Assembly: GCA_905612355.1 (NCBI GenBank)
Contig: CAJQRU010000111.1
Location: 1,690 to 65,689, forward strand
Direction of reading: 5' to 3'
Length of the DNA: 64,000 bases
Source: an uncultured Gammaproteobacteria bacterium
GTDB taxonomy: Bacteria > Pseudomonadota > Gammaproteobacteria > Arenicellales > UBA868
Positions 30,900-41,480 of this stretch are shown one piece after another (the stretch's first letter is position 1; each line of letters starts with the position of its first letter). The position numbers and the translations under genes were made by a program. The notes under the pieces are model-generated. The model worked only from the letters and a program-made list of their open reading frames with translations. It did not search any database and was not told the DNA's origin.

Positions 30900-32093
30900 T
30901 TATCTGCGGATAAATTGCCGATAGAGCGCAAACACCGCGTAGACCGTCACTACTGCGAGCAGCGATGAGGGAAAGCCAACGGGACCGATAGCGGTCATTG
31001 CCGTGCCGGCAAGGAATGGGCCAAGCAGCCCCCCGATACCAAACAACACGGAAAACATAGCGTTAGCGGAAACCAGCTCGACATCGCGAAAGCGTTGGCC
31101 CAGCAGAGTAATGCCAACAGTGAAAATGCCGCCCATTGAACCACCCCAGACACTGACTACGGTCCACAGCCCCAGTGCCCGTGGTTCCCACCAGGGACCG
31201 CGTCCACCCTCGATAAGCAGCGGGAACAGAAAGATTGAAACCATCATCGTTAACACGCAGGCAATCAGCAGCCAGCTACGACTAACCTTGTCAGCTAACC
31301 AGCCGATCGGGTATTGAAAAAAGACAGCCGCTATCGCACCGACCCAGATAACTGCATAACCGGTCTGACGAAATTGCGCACCCAGGATATCCATGGTGTA
31401 GAGATGGGCGAAAGATTGCATCGCACCTTCGACAACACCAAACATGGCTGATGACAGTAGGACCGTGGGTGCGGCAATAAATACGGTCGCCAAGCCCATA
31501 GCGACTCCCTGTGTGGAGAGACTCAATTTGACATCAAGCTTCCGCGTAGGCAGCAGAAAAACAGCCGCAACCACGGTTGCCAGCAACCCGCAAACAAACG
31601 GCCAGTAAGTGTCTGGGTCAAGATAAGCGCCGAGAAGGGGTCCGAGGGCCCAACCGGCCATGCCGACCGTGACATAGATGCCCATCCACCGTCCGCGCAC
31701 TCGGTCATCAACAATGTGGTTCATCCACGTGTCACCGGCTGTAAACAACAACGAGTTGCCCACACCCAGCAGGAATCGAATCAACAGCCACGTCTCAAAA
31801 CTACGAAACGCCGGTAAAGCAATTAACATAACCGCGACCACCACCAGGCCGAGCACGATGGTTTTGAAGAATCCCATAGCCGGTATGATGCGCGGTGCGG
31901 CCAGTGCGACAACGATAATGCCGATAAACTGGGCAGCTGCATTAATGCCGATCATGGATTCGCTATAGCCCTGATTGCGCAGAGCTTCAGATAAAATCGG
32001 CCAAGCCAAAGAACTGGTGATCGACACAACCGCCATGGTGGCGACAAGCGCGCTCATGCAGCGAATTCTTTGCTGTGGGGACAACTCACTCAT
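30900..32093 (-). CDS. MFS transporter
   Basis: About 12 TM helices. Start chosen at MSELSPQQRIR (32093), because the longer track ORF runs into the repeat junction at 32142. Confidence 0.85.
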   Translation of the reverse strand: MSELSPQQRIRCMSALVATMAVVSITSSLAWPILSEALRNQGYSESMIGINAAAQFIGIIVVALAAPRIIPAMGFFKTIVLGLVVVAVMLIALPAFRSFETWLLIRFLLGVGNSLLFTAGDTWMNHIVDDRVRGRWMGIYVTVGMAGWALGPLLGAYLDPDTYWPFVCGLLATVVAAVFLLPTRKLDVKLSLSTQGVAMGLATVFIAAPTVLLSSAMFGVVEGAMQSFAHLYTMDILGAQFRQTGYAVIWVGAIAAVFFQYPIGWLADKVSRSWLLIACVLTMMVSIFLFPLLIEGGRGPWWEPRALGLWTVVSVWGGSMGGIFTVGITLLGQRFRDVELVSANAMFSVLFGIGGLLGPFLAGTAMTAIGPVGFPSSLLAVVTVYAVFALYRQFIRR

Positions 32094-32141
32094 CGCGCAA
32101 CTGATCTCCCGCCACCTTGGGGACTGCACGATACCGACACT

Positions 32142-32903
32142 AGGCGGCAATTAGTAGTAGGTGGCTACTGTAGGGACGGGGTGGTGGTGGAACACGTATC
32201 ACATACGAGTCATTACAATCTTAGCCTTCATAGCATCCAATAACAGACAAGCTTAAAATTGGGCGGCAGGCCTCGAATATACCGGTAGGTTTTGAATATA
32301 TTGAAGATGAAGATCAAGTTGAAACTCTACTTGCTCATACCGATGGCAATCCTGTGGTCTGCCTACAATCCGGCATTCTCATCGGAGTCTACATTGACTG
32401 TCTGGAAATCAGCTACTTGTGGTTGTTGCCAAAAATGGGTCGAATATATGAAAGACAATGGATTTAAAGTGATAAGCAACAATGTTGAAAATGTTTTGCT
32501 CATAAAGGCAAAACTCGGCATTACGAACCCTGCACTTCACTCGTGTCACACGGCAGAAGTAGATGGCTACCTGATCGAAGGTCATGTACCAGTTTCTGAT
32601 GTTCGACGATTATTAGCGGAACGCCCGAACGTTGTCGGGTTAACTGCGCCAGGCATGCCACAAATGTCGCCTGGTATGGGTAGCGTTAAACCACGAGGTT
32701 ACGATGTCTTGCAATTCAATTCGAGCCAACGGTCTAGCGTCTTCTCTAGCTATTAGATACGACACTCAACCTAAACAAAAGATCTACGATTCAACAATAA
32801 CAATGCCTTTCATACTGGCCTCGTGGTGACCCGCTACTAGACCGGCAAATCAATTCACTCACTACTCACGTAGTCCAACGCCATCTCTAATAAGTTGCGT
32901 CGA
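32142..32903 (+). repeat. direct repeat copy 1 (~0.76 kb, carries DUF411 gene)
   Basis: 32161-32870 is identical by eye to 41820-42529 (offset 9659). Similarity extends with mismatches to 32142 on the left and ~32903 on the right. Confidence 0.9.
32307..32756 (+). CDS. DUF411/CopG-like periplasmic metal-binding protein, copy 1
   Basis: Signal peptide MKIKLKLYLLIPMAILWSAYNPAFS, CxCC motif (ATCGCCQKW), HSCHT and GMPQMSPGMG. The protein is 100% identical to copy 2. Confidence 0.8.
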   Translation: MKIKLKLYLLIPMAILWSAYNPAFSSESTLTVWKSATCGCCQKWVEYMKDNGFKVISNNVENVLLIKAKLGITNPALHSCHTAEVDGYLIEGHVPVSDVRRLLAERPNVVGLTAPGMPQMSPGMGSVKPRGYDVLQFNSSQRSSVFSSY

Positions 32904-32995
32904 TCCGTCGACGCACTGAGTCCTAACCAAAAGAGCACTCTAAACGAAGCCCTGAAACGAGGTGATTACACAAGACAGCGCGCAGGTATGTTTGC

Positions 32996-33094
32996 CTCGA
33001 GCTATCAAACCCACCCCAACCCATCAAATGAGCATCATCCAGCAAACTCAAAACACTCTCACATCGACTGGACTACATTATCGGGGAGGTCATA
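32996..33094 (+). repeat. ~98-bp dispersed repeat, copy a
   Basis: CTCGAGCTATCAAACCCACCCCAACCCATCAAATGAGCATCATCCAGCAAACTCAAAACACTCTCACATCGACTGGACTACATTATCG... matches 41157-41253 at roughly 90% identity. Confidence 0.8.
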
Positions 33095-33470
33095 AAGCTG
33101 ATCATTTTCTTGGGCTGATACTTTTGGAGCAGATTCTGATCAAATGGATTTCTGAGGAAGCGATCGATTTAATCCACGCTGTCTTTAGATTTTGGCCGGG
33201 ATTCCGAGTAGGGTATTTTGTTGACGTCCACGTGGTGTATGATCTACGTCGTTAGCTTGGTGAGTCTCAATCGCAGGAATTTTGGGCAATCAGTAGCTGA
33301 TAGATTGCGTGAGCACAGGCCAAAGTGAGTTCCTCGGTTTGTTTGAGTTGATGATCGAGGTTAAATTCAGTGAAGGGAACTTAAGCAAATGACTGAGAGT
33401 TGCTTTTCCCCAGAACAAAAGCTGTGATCAGTTCGGTGATGTTAACCACGTAACTTAAGGAAGGAATTTC

Positions 33471-34670
33471 ATGAAATTATTGGTGAACACTTTTCGGTTG
33501 TTTCTGGTTGGATTCGTGCTACTCGCCTTTGGTGTCACAACTTCTCAGGCTGCGAACAAGGTGCTTAAAATCGGCCATATTGGCGTAATGAGTGGACCGG
33601 CTGCGTCATGGGGTTTAATCAATAAATACGCCGCGCTGGCGGGTGCCGAAATCATTAACGAAGATGGTGGTTTTGAAATTGGCGGCGAGAAATATGATAT
33701 CGAAATCGTTAGCCTGGACACCAAGCAGGACCCGCGAGTTGCGATCGCCGGCGCAGAGCGCCTGGTGTATCAGGAGGGCATCAAGTACATCATCGGGCCC
33801 AATGTCGATGATACGACTCGGGCAGTTCTGCCGGTGTTCGAAAAAGCCGGTGCCTTCAACATCTGCTATGGTTGGCACCGCGAATTGTTTACATCACCGA
33901 GCAAGAATACGGCACTTGGAATGATCGCTGGCTATCAGTCAGCACCTGTTATCTATAAGTACCTTAAGGAGCAAAGAGGTGTTAAGAGTCTAGCGTGCGT
34001 GCCTCGAAATGATGCCAGCGGTCTGAACAGCCGAGACAGCTGTGTCGCGGCAGCAGATCAATTAGGAATCAAGATCACGTCTTCCGACAGTACCTACGAA
34101 CCCAATACCAGTGATTTCTTTCCGATCATGGGTCGAATAATCGGCCAGAACCCGGATTTGATCGTACTTTCCGGTGTGGCTCCTGCCGATGCCCCGCTGC
34201 TGATTCGAGCCGCCCGTGAACTGGGTTACAAGGGGCTCATGAGTACGGAAACGGCAATGGATGCAAACATCATCACGGAGATCGCCGGTGAGATGGCCAA
34301 TGGCTATATCTCAGTTGGTGGTGCCAGTGCGCCCGAGCTTAGGACTGACGAGATGAAGCGGTTTATCGAACGGTACAGCAAGGTTGCCGGCGAGTGGAAC
34401 GATGAAGCCGGTACCAAGGTCTACGCCCTGGAGATGCTGCTGCAGACGCTTCGTGTGGCAGGTGCTGCGGCGATTGACGATATCGAGATCTTCAAGGCCG
34501 CCATGCCAAAAGTAAACGCGGAGGACCCGTTCATCAAAGGCGGCAAGGCACGGCTCAAGTGGGTTGGTCAAGGCTATTTCGACCAGCTTCGCCAGGTTAG
34601 TACACCGATGGTGATAACTGAGTTCAAGGACACGGACTTTGTCACGCTGTTCATTGGCTACGTCGAATAG
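33471..34670 (+). CDS. ABC transporter substrate-binding protein (branched-chain amino acid/amide type, LivK-like)
   Basis: 399 aa with signal peptide ...GVTTSQAANK and LKIGHIGVMSGPAASWG. First gene of a five-gene Liv-type operon. Confidence 0.85.
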   Translation: MKLLVNTFRLFLVGFVLLAFGVTTSQAANKVLKIGHIGVMSGPAASWGLINKYAALAGAEIINEDGGFEIGGEKYDIEIVSLDTKQDPRVAIAGAERLVYQEGIKYIIGPNVDDTTRAVLPVFEKAGAFNICYGWHRELFTSPSKNTALGMIAGYQSAPVIYKYLKEQRGVKSLACVPRNDASGLNSRDSCVAAADQLGIKITSSDSTYEPNTSDFFPIMGRIIGQNPDLIVLSGVAPADAPLLIRAARELGYKGLMSTETAMDANIITEIAGEMANGYISVGGASAPELRTDEMKRFIERYSKVAGEWNDEAGTKVYALEMLLQTLRVAGAAAIDDIEIFKAAMPKVNAEDPFIKGGKARLKWVGQGYFDQLRQVSTPMVITEFKDTDFVTLFIGYVE

Positions 34671-34757
34671 TCACTGAACAATCGACCGCGGGCCCTCTGT
34701 CAGGCGCAGTTGTCGTGGGCAGTGGGCCCCAAGTCGAAATCAACGCGGACATTCAAA

Positions 34758-35618
34758 ATGGAACAGGTTATCGTCAACAGCCTGATCCTGGGCATGAACT
34801 ATGCCTTGATTGCGCTCGGCCTGACGCTGATTTTTGCGATTATGAACGTGCTGAACTTCGCTCACGGACAGATGTATGTGCTGGGCGGTTTCATCACCTA
34901 CTACGCGCTACAGGTTCTGCATCTTCCCTTCGTTGTTGGTCTGGTGGCCTCCGTTGTTGTGCTTGTTCTAGTGGGTCTACTATCTGAGCGGCTGTTGTTC
35001 CGACGGGCTATCCGCGTTTCTACCCGTGAAGAGAGCACCATGCTGCTCGCTGCTGGCCTGGCGCTGCTGCTGGAAAGTCTAATTCTTCTTTTTTTTGGCG
35101 AGAAACAGCGTGGAATGCCGCCGATCATCTCTGGTGTTTATCAGGTTTTTGGTGTCTATATTCCAGCCGGGCGCGCCTTTGTATTTGCGATCGCCCTGGC
35201 CTCACTAATCGGTTTCGTCACGTTCATGCAGTTTACCCGCCCAGGAAGGGCTTTGCGGGCTATCGCTCAGGACAAGGAAGTGACAGCGCTTCAGGGCGTT
35301 AACATCAACCGTTATGGAGCGTTAGGCTTTGGCTTGGGTGCAGGGCTTACTGGTCTCGCCGGTTCCCTTCTGGCTACCATTTTTGCGGTCAATTCCGGTC
35401 TCGGTACCGCCGTTTCAATCAAGGCGTTTATCATGGTGATGCTCGGGGGCGCCGGAGTCGTCTCGGGGGCAATAGCTGGGGCATTTGTACTCGGATTTCT
35501 TGAATCCTTTGGCTACGCTTACATGCCTGGTTCAGTGACCTATATGCTGATATTCGCCGGCATGATTATCTTCCTCGTCTTTCGACCACAAGGCATCATG
35601 GGTAAGCCTTGGGGTTGA
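34758..35618 (+). CDS. branched-chain amino acid ABC permease (LivH-type)
   Basis: Begins MEQVIVNSLILGMNYALIALGLTLIF, with VLNFAHGQMYVLGGF. Confidence 0.88.
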   Translation: MEQVIVNSLILGMNYALIALGLTLIFAIMNVLNFAHGQMYVLGGFITYYALQVLHLPFVVGLVASVVVLVLVGLLSERLLFRRAIRVSTREESTMLLAAGLALLLESLILLFFGEKQRGMPPIISGVYQVFGVYIPAGRAFVFAIALASLIGFVTFMQFTRPGRALRAIAQDKEVTALQGVNINRYGALGFGLGAGLTGLAGSLLATIFAVNSGLGTAVSIKAFIMVMLGGAGVVSGAIAGAFVLGFLESFGYAYMPGSVTYMLIFAGMIIFLVFRPQGIMGKPWG

Positions 35619-35637
35619 ACCAAGGGGCATATTACTG

Positions 35638-36669
35638 ATGTCATCGGTAGCGAAAGGTACCCGCAGGGGAGTCGGAGCGCCGAATCGAGCAGTATCGATA
35701 CGGATTGTTCTGGGTGTATTTCTTATTGTCTATCTGATCGTCCTGCCTTCCTATTTCGCTGAATCTCGCTATATACTGCGGGTGATCACCACTGCTTCTG
35801 TTCTCAGTTTTATCAGCCTCGGCGTCTGGCTCACCTTCACCATCGGTCGGATCAACATCGGACAGGGCGCATTCGCTCTTATCGGTGGATACGCGACGGC
35901 GATTCTCAGTACCAAGTTCGGAGTTTCGTTCTGGGTATGTCTACCACTTTCCGGTCTCATCGCTGGACTGACAGGTATCATTTTCGGGCTCGGCATATTG
36001 CGATTAAAGGGTGTCTATTTTGCAATGATTACCCTCAGCCTCACCGAAGCAGTGCGCCTTGGTTTTCTCAGTGGTGGTGACTTTACCGGTGGCGCGCCGG
36101 GTATTTCCAACATTCCACTGCCCGACGAACTCGGGTTGTTTGGAATAACATTGATACCGGATTTCGGAAAGGTGGACACGCATATCGCGTTCTACTACCT
36201 GGCCGCGGTCTTGCTGATTCTCGGTCTTGCCGTCATATGGAGAATTTCATCCAGCCGTCTGGGCTGGATTTTCAAGTCGTTACAGCAGGACGAAGAACTC
36301 AGCCGGAGTGTTGGGATCAATGTCGCCCGATACCGGGTCATGGCCTATGCTATTTGCTGTTTTTATGGCGGCATAGGTGGTGCCTTCTTCACAGTCTCGC
36401 AGCAGAGTATCTACCCCTCGGTATTTGGTGTGCTGGACTCACTGTTCTTCATCCTTTACTGTTTTCTGGGTGGCCTCGCCTTTGTGGCCGGCCCAATTGT
36501 CGGTGCCTTTTTGTTGTTCATTCTCTTCGAACTGTTGCATGAATTTCAGCAATATCAGCAGCTCATTTACTCATTGTTAATGATCTCCATCATGCTCTGG
36601 TTGCCCAATGGTCTTCTCAGCCTGCGTTTACCCGCCGCTTTCTGGCGATCTCGCAACATCAGGGACTAG
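35638..36669 (+). CDS. branched-chain amino acid ABC permease (LivM-type)
   Basis: 343 aa, multi-TM, containing GRINIGQGAFALIGGY. Confidence 0.85.
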   Translation: MSSVAKGTRRGVGAPNRAVSIRIVLGVFLIVYLIVLPSYFAESRYILRVITTASVLSFISLGVWLTFTIGRINIGQGAFALIGGYATAILSTKFGVSFWVCLPLSGLIAGLTGIIFGLGILRLKGVYFAMITLSLTEAVRLGFLSGGDFTGGAPGISNIPLPDELGLFGITLIPDFGKVDTHIAFYYLAAVLLILGLAVIWRISSSRLGWIFKSLQQDEELSRSVGINVARYRVMAYAICCFYGGIGGAFFTVSQQSIYPSVFGVLDSLFFILYCFLGGLAFVAGPIVGAFLLFILFELLHEFQQYQQLIYSLLMISIMLWLPNGLLSLRLPAAFWRSRNIRD

Positions 36670-36672
36670 TCG

Positions 36673-37449
36673 ATGGCGTTGCTTACGGTCGAGAATCTGG
36701 AGAAACGATTTGGTGGTCTGATTGCCGTAAACGATGTCAGCTTTGAAGTTGAAAGCGGTGAAATCTTTACCATCATCGGTCCTAACGGTGCCGGCAAGAG
36801 TACGTTGTTCAAACTGATCACTTCGTTTACACGCCCGACCTCGGGTCGGGTGATTTTCGAGGGCGAAAATATTACCCGCTTACCAGCGCACGTGGTCGCT
36901 CGCAAGGGCGTCGTGCGAACTTTTCAGGAGACCACGATATTCAAAGAGATGACCGTTGTAGAAAATGTCATCGTCGCACACCATTTGCGCAGTCGAGCTT
37001 CTTCTTTGGGCTTCTTTTTCAACAGTCCACTGGCCCGTCGTGACGAACAGGAATTCCGTGAAAGCGCCGACTCAATAATCGAGATCCTCGGTCTGGAAAC
37101 CGTTCGCAATGAACAGGCACGAAACCTGCCCCACGGCTACTTGCGGGAACTTGGCATTGCGATCGCCATGGCAGCCGAACCAAAGGCACTGCTACTCGAC
37201 GAACCATTTTCGGGGATGAATCCGGAAGAGACAGACAGGGTGGTCGATATGGTGCGTGGAATTCGAGATCGTGGCATTACCATACTGTTGGTAGAGCACG
37301 ATATGCGGGCGGTGATGCGTATCAGCGATCGTATTCTGGTTCTAAACTTCGGCAGCATGGTAGCGTTGGGGACGCCGTCGGAAATTCAGACTGACAAAGC
37401 TGTTATTGAGGCGTATCTGGGTCGCGAAGATGACGAACTGGGAATATGA
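36673..37449 (+). CDS. ABC transporter ATP-binding protein (LivG-type)
   Basis: Walker A GPNGAGKST, and LLLDEPFSGMNP. Confidence 0.92.
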   Translation: MALLTVENLEKRFGGLIAVNDVSFEVESGEIFTIIGPNGAGKSTLFKLITSFTRPTSGRVIFEGENITRLPAHVVARKGVVRTFQETTIFKEMTVVENVIVAHHLRSRASSLGFFFNSPLARRDEQEFRESADSIIEILGLETVRNEQARNLPHGYLRELGIAIAMAAEPKALLLDEPFSGMNPEETDRVVDMVRGIRDRGITILLVEHDMRAVMRISDRILVLNFGSMVALGTPSEIQTDKAVIEAYLGREDDELGI

Positions 37450-38162
37450 GTAGCTATTTCGAAGCCAGGAATCTTGATGTCTACTACGATAAAGTGAAAG
37501 CTTTGTCCGACGTATCAATGGTACTAGGTGAAGGCGACATTGTCGCTATCATTGGCACGAACGGGGCGGGAAAGACGACGACGTTGAGGGCATTTACTGG
37601 CCTTACCCGGATCGCTACCGGTGAAATTTGGTATCAGGGTAAGAGAATCGACCAACTCAATCCGGACCAAATCGTTGGTCTTGGTATTTCTATGGTCCCA
37701 GAAGGTCGTCATATCTACCCGTTGATGAATGTCCGAGACAACTTACTGATGGGTGCTTTCTTGCGTAGAGATAAGGCCGAAGTGAAACGGGACCTGGAGC
37801 GCATGTGCGAACGTTTTCCTTTTTTGAAAGAGCGCATGCGCCAGCAGGCGAGCACATTAAGTGGTGGTGAGCAACAGATGGTAGCGATCTCAAGAGCGCT
37901 TATGGCTCGGCCGAAACTATTGCTGATGGACGAACCCTCCCTCGGCCTTGCGCCGAAGGTGGTGCGCGAGATCGCCCGCTCGATCCTGGCTATTAATCGG
38001 GAAGACAAAGTTAGTGTTATCCTGGTTGAGCAGAACTCCAGAATGGCTTTGAAGCTGTCCTCACGGGCTTATGTGCTCGAGACTGGACGTGTGGCGCTCG
38101 AAGGCGCCTCTGAGGAGCTCGTTAACAACGAAGATGTACGCCGGCTCTATCTGGGTGCGTGA
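37446..38162 (+). CDS. ABC transporter ATP-binding protein (LivF-type)
   Basis: Walker A GTNGAGKTT, signature LSGGEQQM, and LLLMDEPSLGLAP. Confidence 0.92.
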   Translation: MSSYFEARNLDVYYDKVKALSDVSMVLGEGDIVAIIGTNGAGKTTTLRAFTGLTRIATGEIWYQGKRIDQLNPDQIVGLGISMVPEGRHIYPLMNVRDNLLMGAFLRRDKAEVKRDLERMCERFPFLKERMRQQASTLSGGEQQMVAISRALMARPKLLLMDEPSLGLAPKVVREIARSILAINREDKVSVILVEQNSRMALKLSSRAYVLETGRVALEGASEELVNNEDVRRLYLGA

Positions 38163-38296
38163 GTCGGTTTTCTAACGGTTAAAACTGGATCAACGCTTCG
38201 GTGCCAGCAACAATTCGGCCTATTCGATCGTCGCTCAGATCGCGAGCACCCGGAGGTCCGGATTTAAATTCCTGAGGTCTGTTGCAGGAATGTAGT

Positions 38297-38857
38297 TCAG
38301 GCTTCGATCTCGAATTCGATGCCCGACGCATTTCCGTATTTCAGAATCTCAGGATTCTGAAATACGTCAAGGTCTCTCGACAAGCAACCAGAGCCGGTCT
38401 GATAGTTGACCAGTTGGGTTGGGTTGGGGTTCGAATTCAGAATTAGAAATTCCGCCCCATGATGATTCAGAATATAACGGTTCAGGGAATGCCAGGTACC
38501 GCGCTTGAAAGAGTATCCTGTGCTGGGATCTATCAGGAATGCACGTACGGCCTCGGGTGGTGGAATATCATGAAGGTTGTCTGGGTCAGTCGGGGCTGCG
38601 GCACATACTACAGCTGAACCTCCGGACAATTGGACAAAACTCTGTGTGACTCCAAAATATCGTTCGAGCTGGTCGAATTTTTGGCCGCCTTGAGGTTGCC
38701 AAATCACGTGAACGGTGGACTGACCATCGTGGTTATATGAAGTCGGGGAAAGAATGCGTCGGTCAGAAGGTTTCTTAGATGCACACCAAAGTTCACCAAA
38801 GGGTTCAAAGCTTGCCTTGGTCATCGGTTCGATTATGAGTGTATGAATTCGGGTCAT
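38297..38857 (-). CDS. ureidoglycolate lyase/hydrolase-like (AllA-type cupin) protein
   Basis: 186 aa with FEPFGEL, LERYFGVTQSFVQL and RGTWHS, resembling AllA-family motifs. The assignment is tentative. Confidence 0.5.
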   Translation of the reverse strand: MTRIHTLIIEPMTKASFEPFGELWCASKKPSDRRILSPTSYNHDGQSTVHVIWQPQGGQKFDQLERYFGVTQSFVQLSGGSAVVCAAAPTDPDNLHDIPPPEAVRAFLIDPSTGYSFKRGTWHSLNRYILNHHGAEFLILNSNPNPTQLVNYQTGSGCLSRDLDVFQNPEILKYGNASGIEFEIEA

Positions 38858-38977
38858 AGTGATCTCTATAGGAGGGGAAACCGGTTCTTACAAGCGTTAC
38901 GGTCAGTGGAGGCGACTATAGCTCCAGCCAGTTCAGTGGTTTGATGATGTTGCGAACTGAAGGACTCAATAGCATCA

Positions 38978-39976
38978 CTAAGAGTCGGTGCTCGGATCTG
39001 TCTGGAGCAGAAGTTTCCCTGAGTTTGTTCTATTCTCGATAGCTTCATGCATATTTCTGGCTTCCTTGAGACTAAATATTTCCACAATGGTTGGATTCAG
39101 CCACCCCGCTTGTAGTGCATTCAGAATAAAGTGATTGCCTTCCTGCCATAATGCAGGAAAACCAATGACGTGTCCGAGATGAAATCGTGTAAAGGTTTGC
39201 GATCGGACAAGACATTGCTGTCTGATGTTTTCTATTGGCTTCCCTTCTGCCTCGCCAATGTTGATTATGTGCCCCAGCACCCGTACGGCATCGAACGTTT
39301 TATCGAGTGTCGTCGCTCCAAGGGAGTCAACCGCCAGATCAACGCCTTTCCCTTCGGTCAGATCAAGAACCTGTTCTACAAAATTACCGTCCGTGAGGTT
39401 AATTACACTGGTTGCTCCGTATGCTAGCGGTTTTTTCTCTTTGCCTGGGGTGCCCACCGTGCCAATAACTTTTGCGCCTGCTCGAATCGCGAGTTGGGTG
39501 ACGAAAAGACCGACCCCACCTCCGGAGGCATGAACGAGTACCCAGTCTCCAGCAGAAATTCTGCTGACTGTATAAAGCATGTGGTAGGCCGTAAGGCCCT
39601 GTACGGGATACGCTGCTGCAGATGCCAGGGATAAACCTTCAGGCACTATCGTCGCAAGGCCTGCATCTGCAACGCAGAATTGTGCATAGCCACCACCTTC
39701 AACGAGAGTGGTTACCCGCTGCCCACGCTTTGGGTGGCTGACGTTCGGACCAACGTCGATTACTTCTCCAGCGATCTCCAGCCCGAGTATTAACGGATAA
39801 TCGGTTTTATGGGGGTATATCCCCTCCCTCATCTGGGTGTCTGCCCAGTTACATCCGCAGTAACCGACTTTGACGAGTATCTGTCCGGGACCAGGTTGGG
39901 GAATGTCCCGTTCCTCGATTCTTATATTTTCCAGACCGCCGGGCTCATTAACAACAACCACTGTCATGGTAGCCAT
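38978..39976 (-). CDS. zinc-type alcohol dehydrogenase/NADPH:quinone oxidoreductase family
   Basis: 332 aa with N-terminal GroES-like fold (GYCGCNWADTQMREG) and Rossmann motif VLVHASGGGVGLFVTQLA. Confidence 0.85.
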   Translation of the reverse strand: MATMTVVVVNEPGGLENIRIEERDIPQPGPGQILVKVGYCGCNWADTQMREGIYPHKTDYPLILGLEIAGEVIDVGPNVSHPKRGQRVTTLVEGGGYAQFCVADAGLATIVPEGLSLASAAAYPVQGLTAYHMLYTVSRISAGDWVLVHASGGGVGLFVTQLAIRAGAKVIGTVGTPGKEKKPLAYGATSVINLTDGNFVEQVLDLTEGKGVDLAVDSLGATTLDKTFDAVRVLGHIINIGEAEGKPIENIRQQCLVRSQTFTRFHLGHVIGFPALWQEGNHFILNALQAGWLNPTIVEIFSLKEARNMHEAIENRTNSGKLLLQTDPSTDS

Positions 39977-40324
39977 TTCTGCTCAGTTTCCATTGGTTTT
40001 ACTGTAGGTTCGAAATTTTAGCACCCCCATTTCTGTTCCGTCGTTTCAGTGAGTCAGGAGGAACGACCACACCACCTGCTCCAGTTGAAAGCAAAGTCCT
40101 CCTCTCGATTAAATTACACTGTTGGGTGTTAAGATGAACGTTCAAACATCTCTTATAGAAATAGGTTTAATTGGGCGTATTTGCTGGCCGCATTTATGTG
40201 AGCACAATCCGCGATATGGTTTGAGAGAAGTGTGAAGTGCTGAAGTATAGAGAAGAGAGTTGCCGTGGCTCTGCAGCGGCAGCGCTCTACGTGCGGCTCT
40301 GATACCCGGGAGAGGTATGGTCTG

Positions 40325-41071
40325 ATGAAAATACTGATTGTCAATCCAAATACCACCGAGTCGATGACGCACAAAATCGGTAAGGCAGCGCAGTCGGTGG
40401 CTGCAGTGGGTACCGAGATCCTGGCAATTAGTCCCAAGGGTGGTCCGGCCAGCGTCGAGGGGTATTACGACGAGGCGTTCGCTGTTCCGGGACTTCTGCG
40501 CGAGATCCGAAACGGTGAAGTCCTCGGCATGGACGGGTATATCATCGCCTGTTTTGATGACCCCGGCCTGGATGCGGCCCGTAGTGTGGCAACCGGTCCT
40601 GTCGTCGGAATCTGTGAGGCCGCCGTGTACGCAGCCAGCATGGTTGCCGGGTCATTTACGGTAGTGACGACGTTGAAAAGTTCAGTGCCGGCAATCGAGA
40701 AAGTTGTGCGTGGTTACGGTCGAGAACATTTCTGTCGCCGAGTACGCGCAGCCGAGATTTCGGTTCTGAGCCTGGAAGAAGAAGGGTCGGAAGCACGGTT
40801 ACTGATCGAGGCAGAAATCGATCGCGCGGTGCGTGAGGATTCAGCGGAAGCGATCGTGCTCGGCTGTGCAGGCATGGCTGATTTTACCCGGCAGCTGACG
40901 GATAAGTTCGGGCTGCCGGTGATCGATGGGGTCGCAGCAGCGGTCAAGATGGTGGAAGGACTGGTTACTCAGGGTCTAAAGACGAGCAAAGTAGGCGCAT
41001 ACTGCTGGCCGCCCGAAAAGGCGTACACCGGTGAATTTGTTGGGGACCAGCCGGGTGAAAAACAATCCTGA
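40325..41071 (+). CDS. Asp/Glu/hydantoin racemase family protein
   Basis: Starts at MKILIVNPNTTESMT, with CFDDPGLDAAR and IVLGCAGMADF (two catalytic Cys regions). Confidence 0.8.
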   Translation: MKILIVNPNTTESMTHKIGKAAQSVAAVGTEILAISPKGGPASVEGYYDEAFAVPGLLREIRNGEVLGMDGYIIACFDDPGLDAARSVATGPVVGICEAAVYAASMVAGSFTVVTTLKSSVPAIEKVVRGYGREHFCRRVRAAEISVLSLEEEGSEARLLIEAEIDRAVREDSAEAIVLGCAGMADFTRQLTDKFGLPVIDGVAAAVKMVEGLVTQGLKTSKVGAYCWPPEKAYTGEFVGDQPGEKQS

Positions 41072-41156
41072 GAGCCACTGACCTGAGCGGCATTTTCTAG
41101 TCCAGTTTGTGGGGGAGGATATCGCCCTTTACAGATACAGCCCCCCGCACCGGTGA

Positions 41157-41253
41157 CTCGAGCCATCAAACCCACCCAACCCACCAAATGACAATCATCC
41201 AGTAAACTCAAAACACTCTCACATCAACTGGACTACATTATCGAGCAGGTCAT
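41157..41253 (+). repeat. ~98-bp dispersed repeat, copy b
   Basis: See 32996-33094; same orientation. Confidence 0.8.
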
Positions 41254-41480
41254 GTGCTACCGGTTGGCTTTCTAAGAATAATGAAAATTTCGTCGCTTCA
41301 TCGAGTGTTCGTACAATCCCGTCCCCGAAAAAAACTATTAAGAAGAGGGGTTTGACCTTGGTAACGCGCCACTGATCTCTTCAACCCACCTCCGAAGAGG
41401 CTCTGCGAGGTGAGACATGAGGGCGCGCCCCGACATTAATATTATACAAAAACTGGGACGAAAGTGTGCCGCAACCGTCT

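Noticed and set aside
32895-33255. Two overlapping short plus-strand ORFs (66 and 97 aa) after DUF411 copy 1
   Set aside because: They span the 98-bp dispersed repeat. Their composition is unconvincing and they have no start context. The second repeat copy is not in an equivalent ORF.
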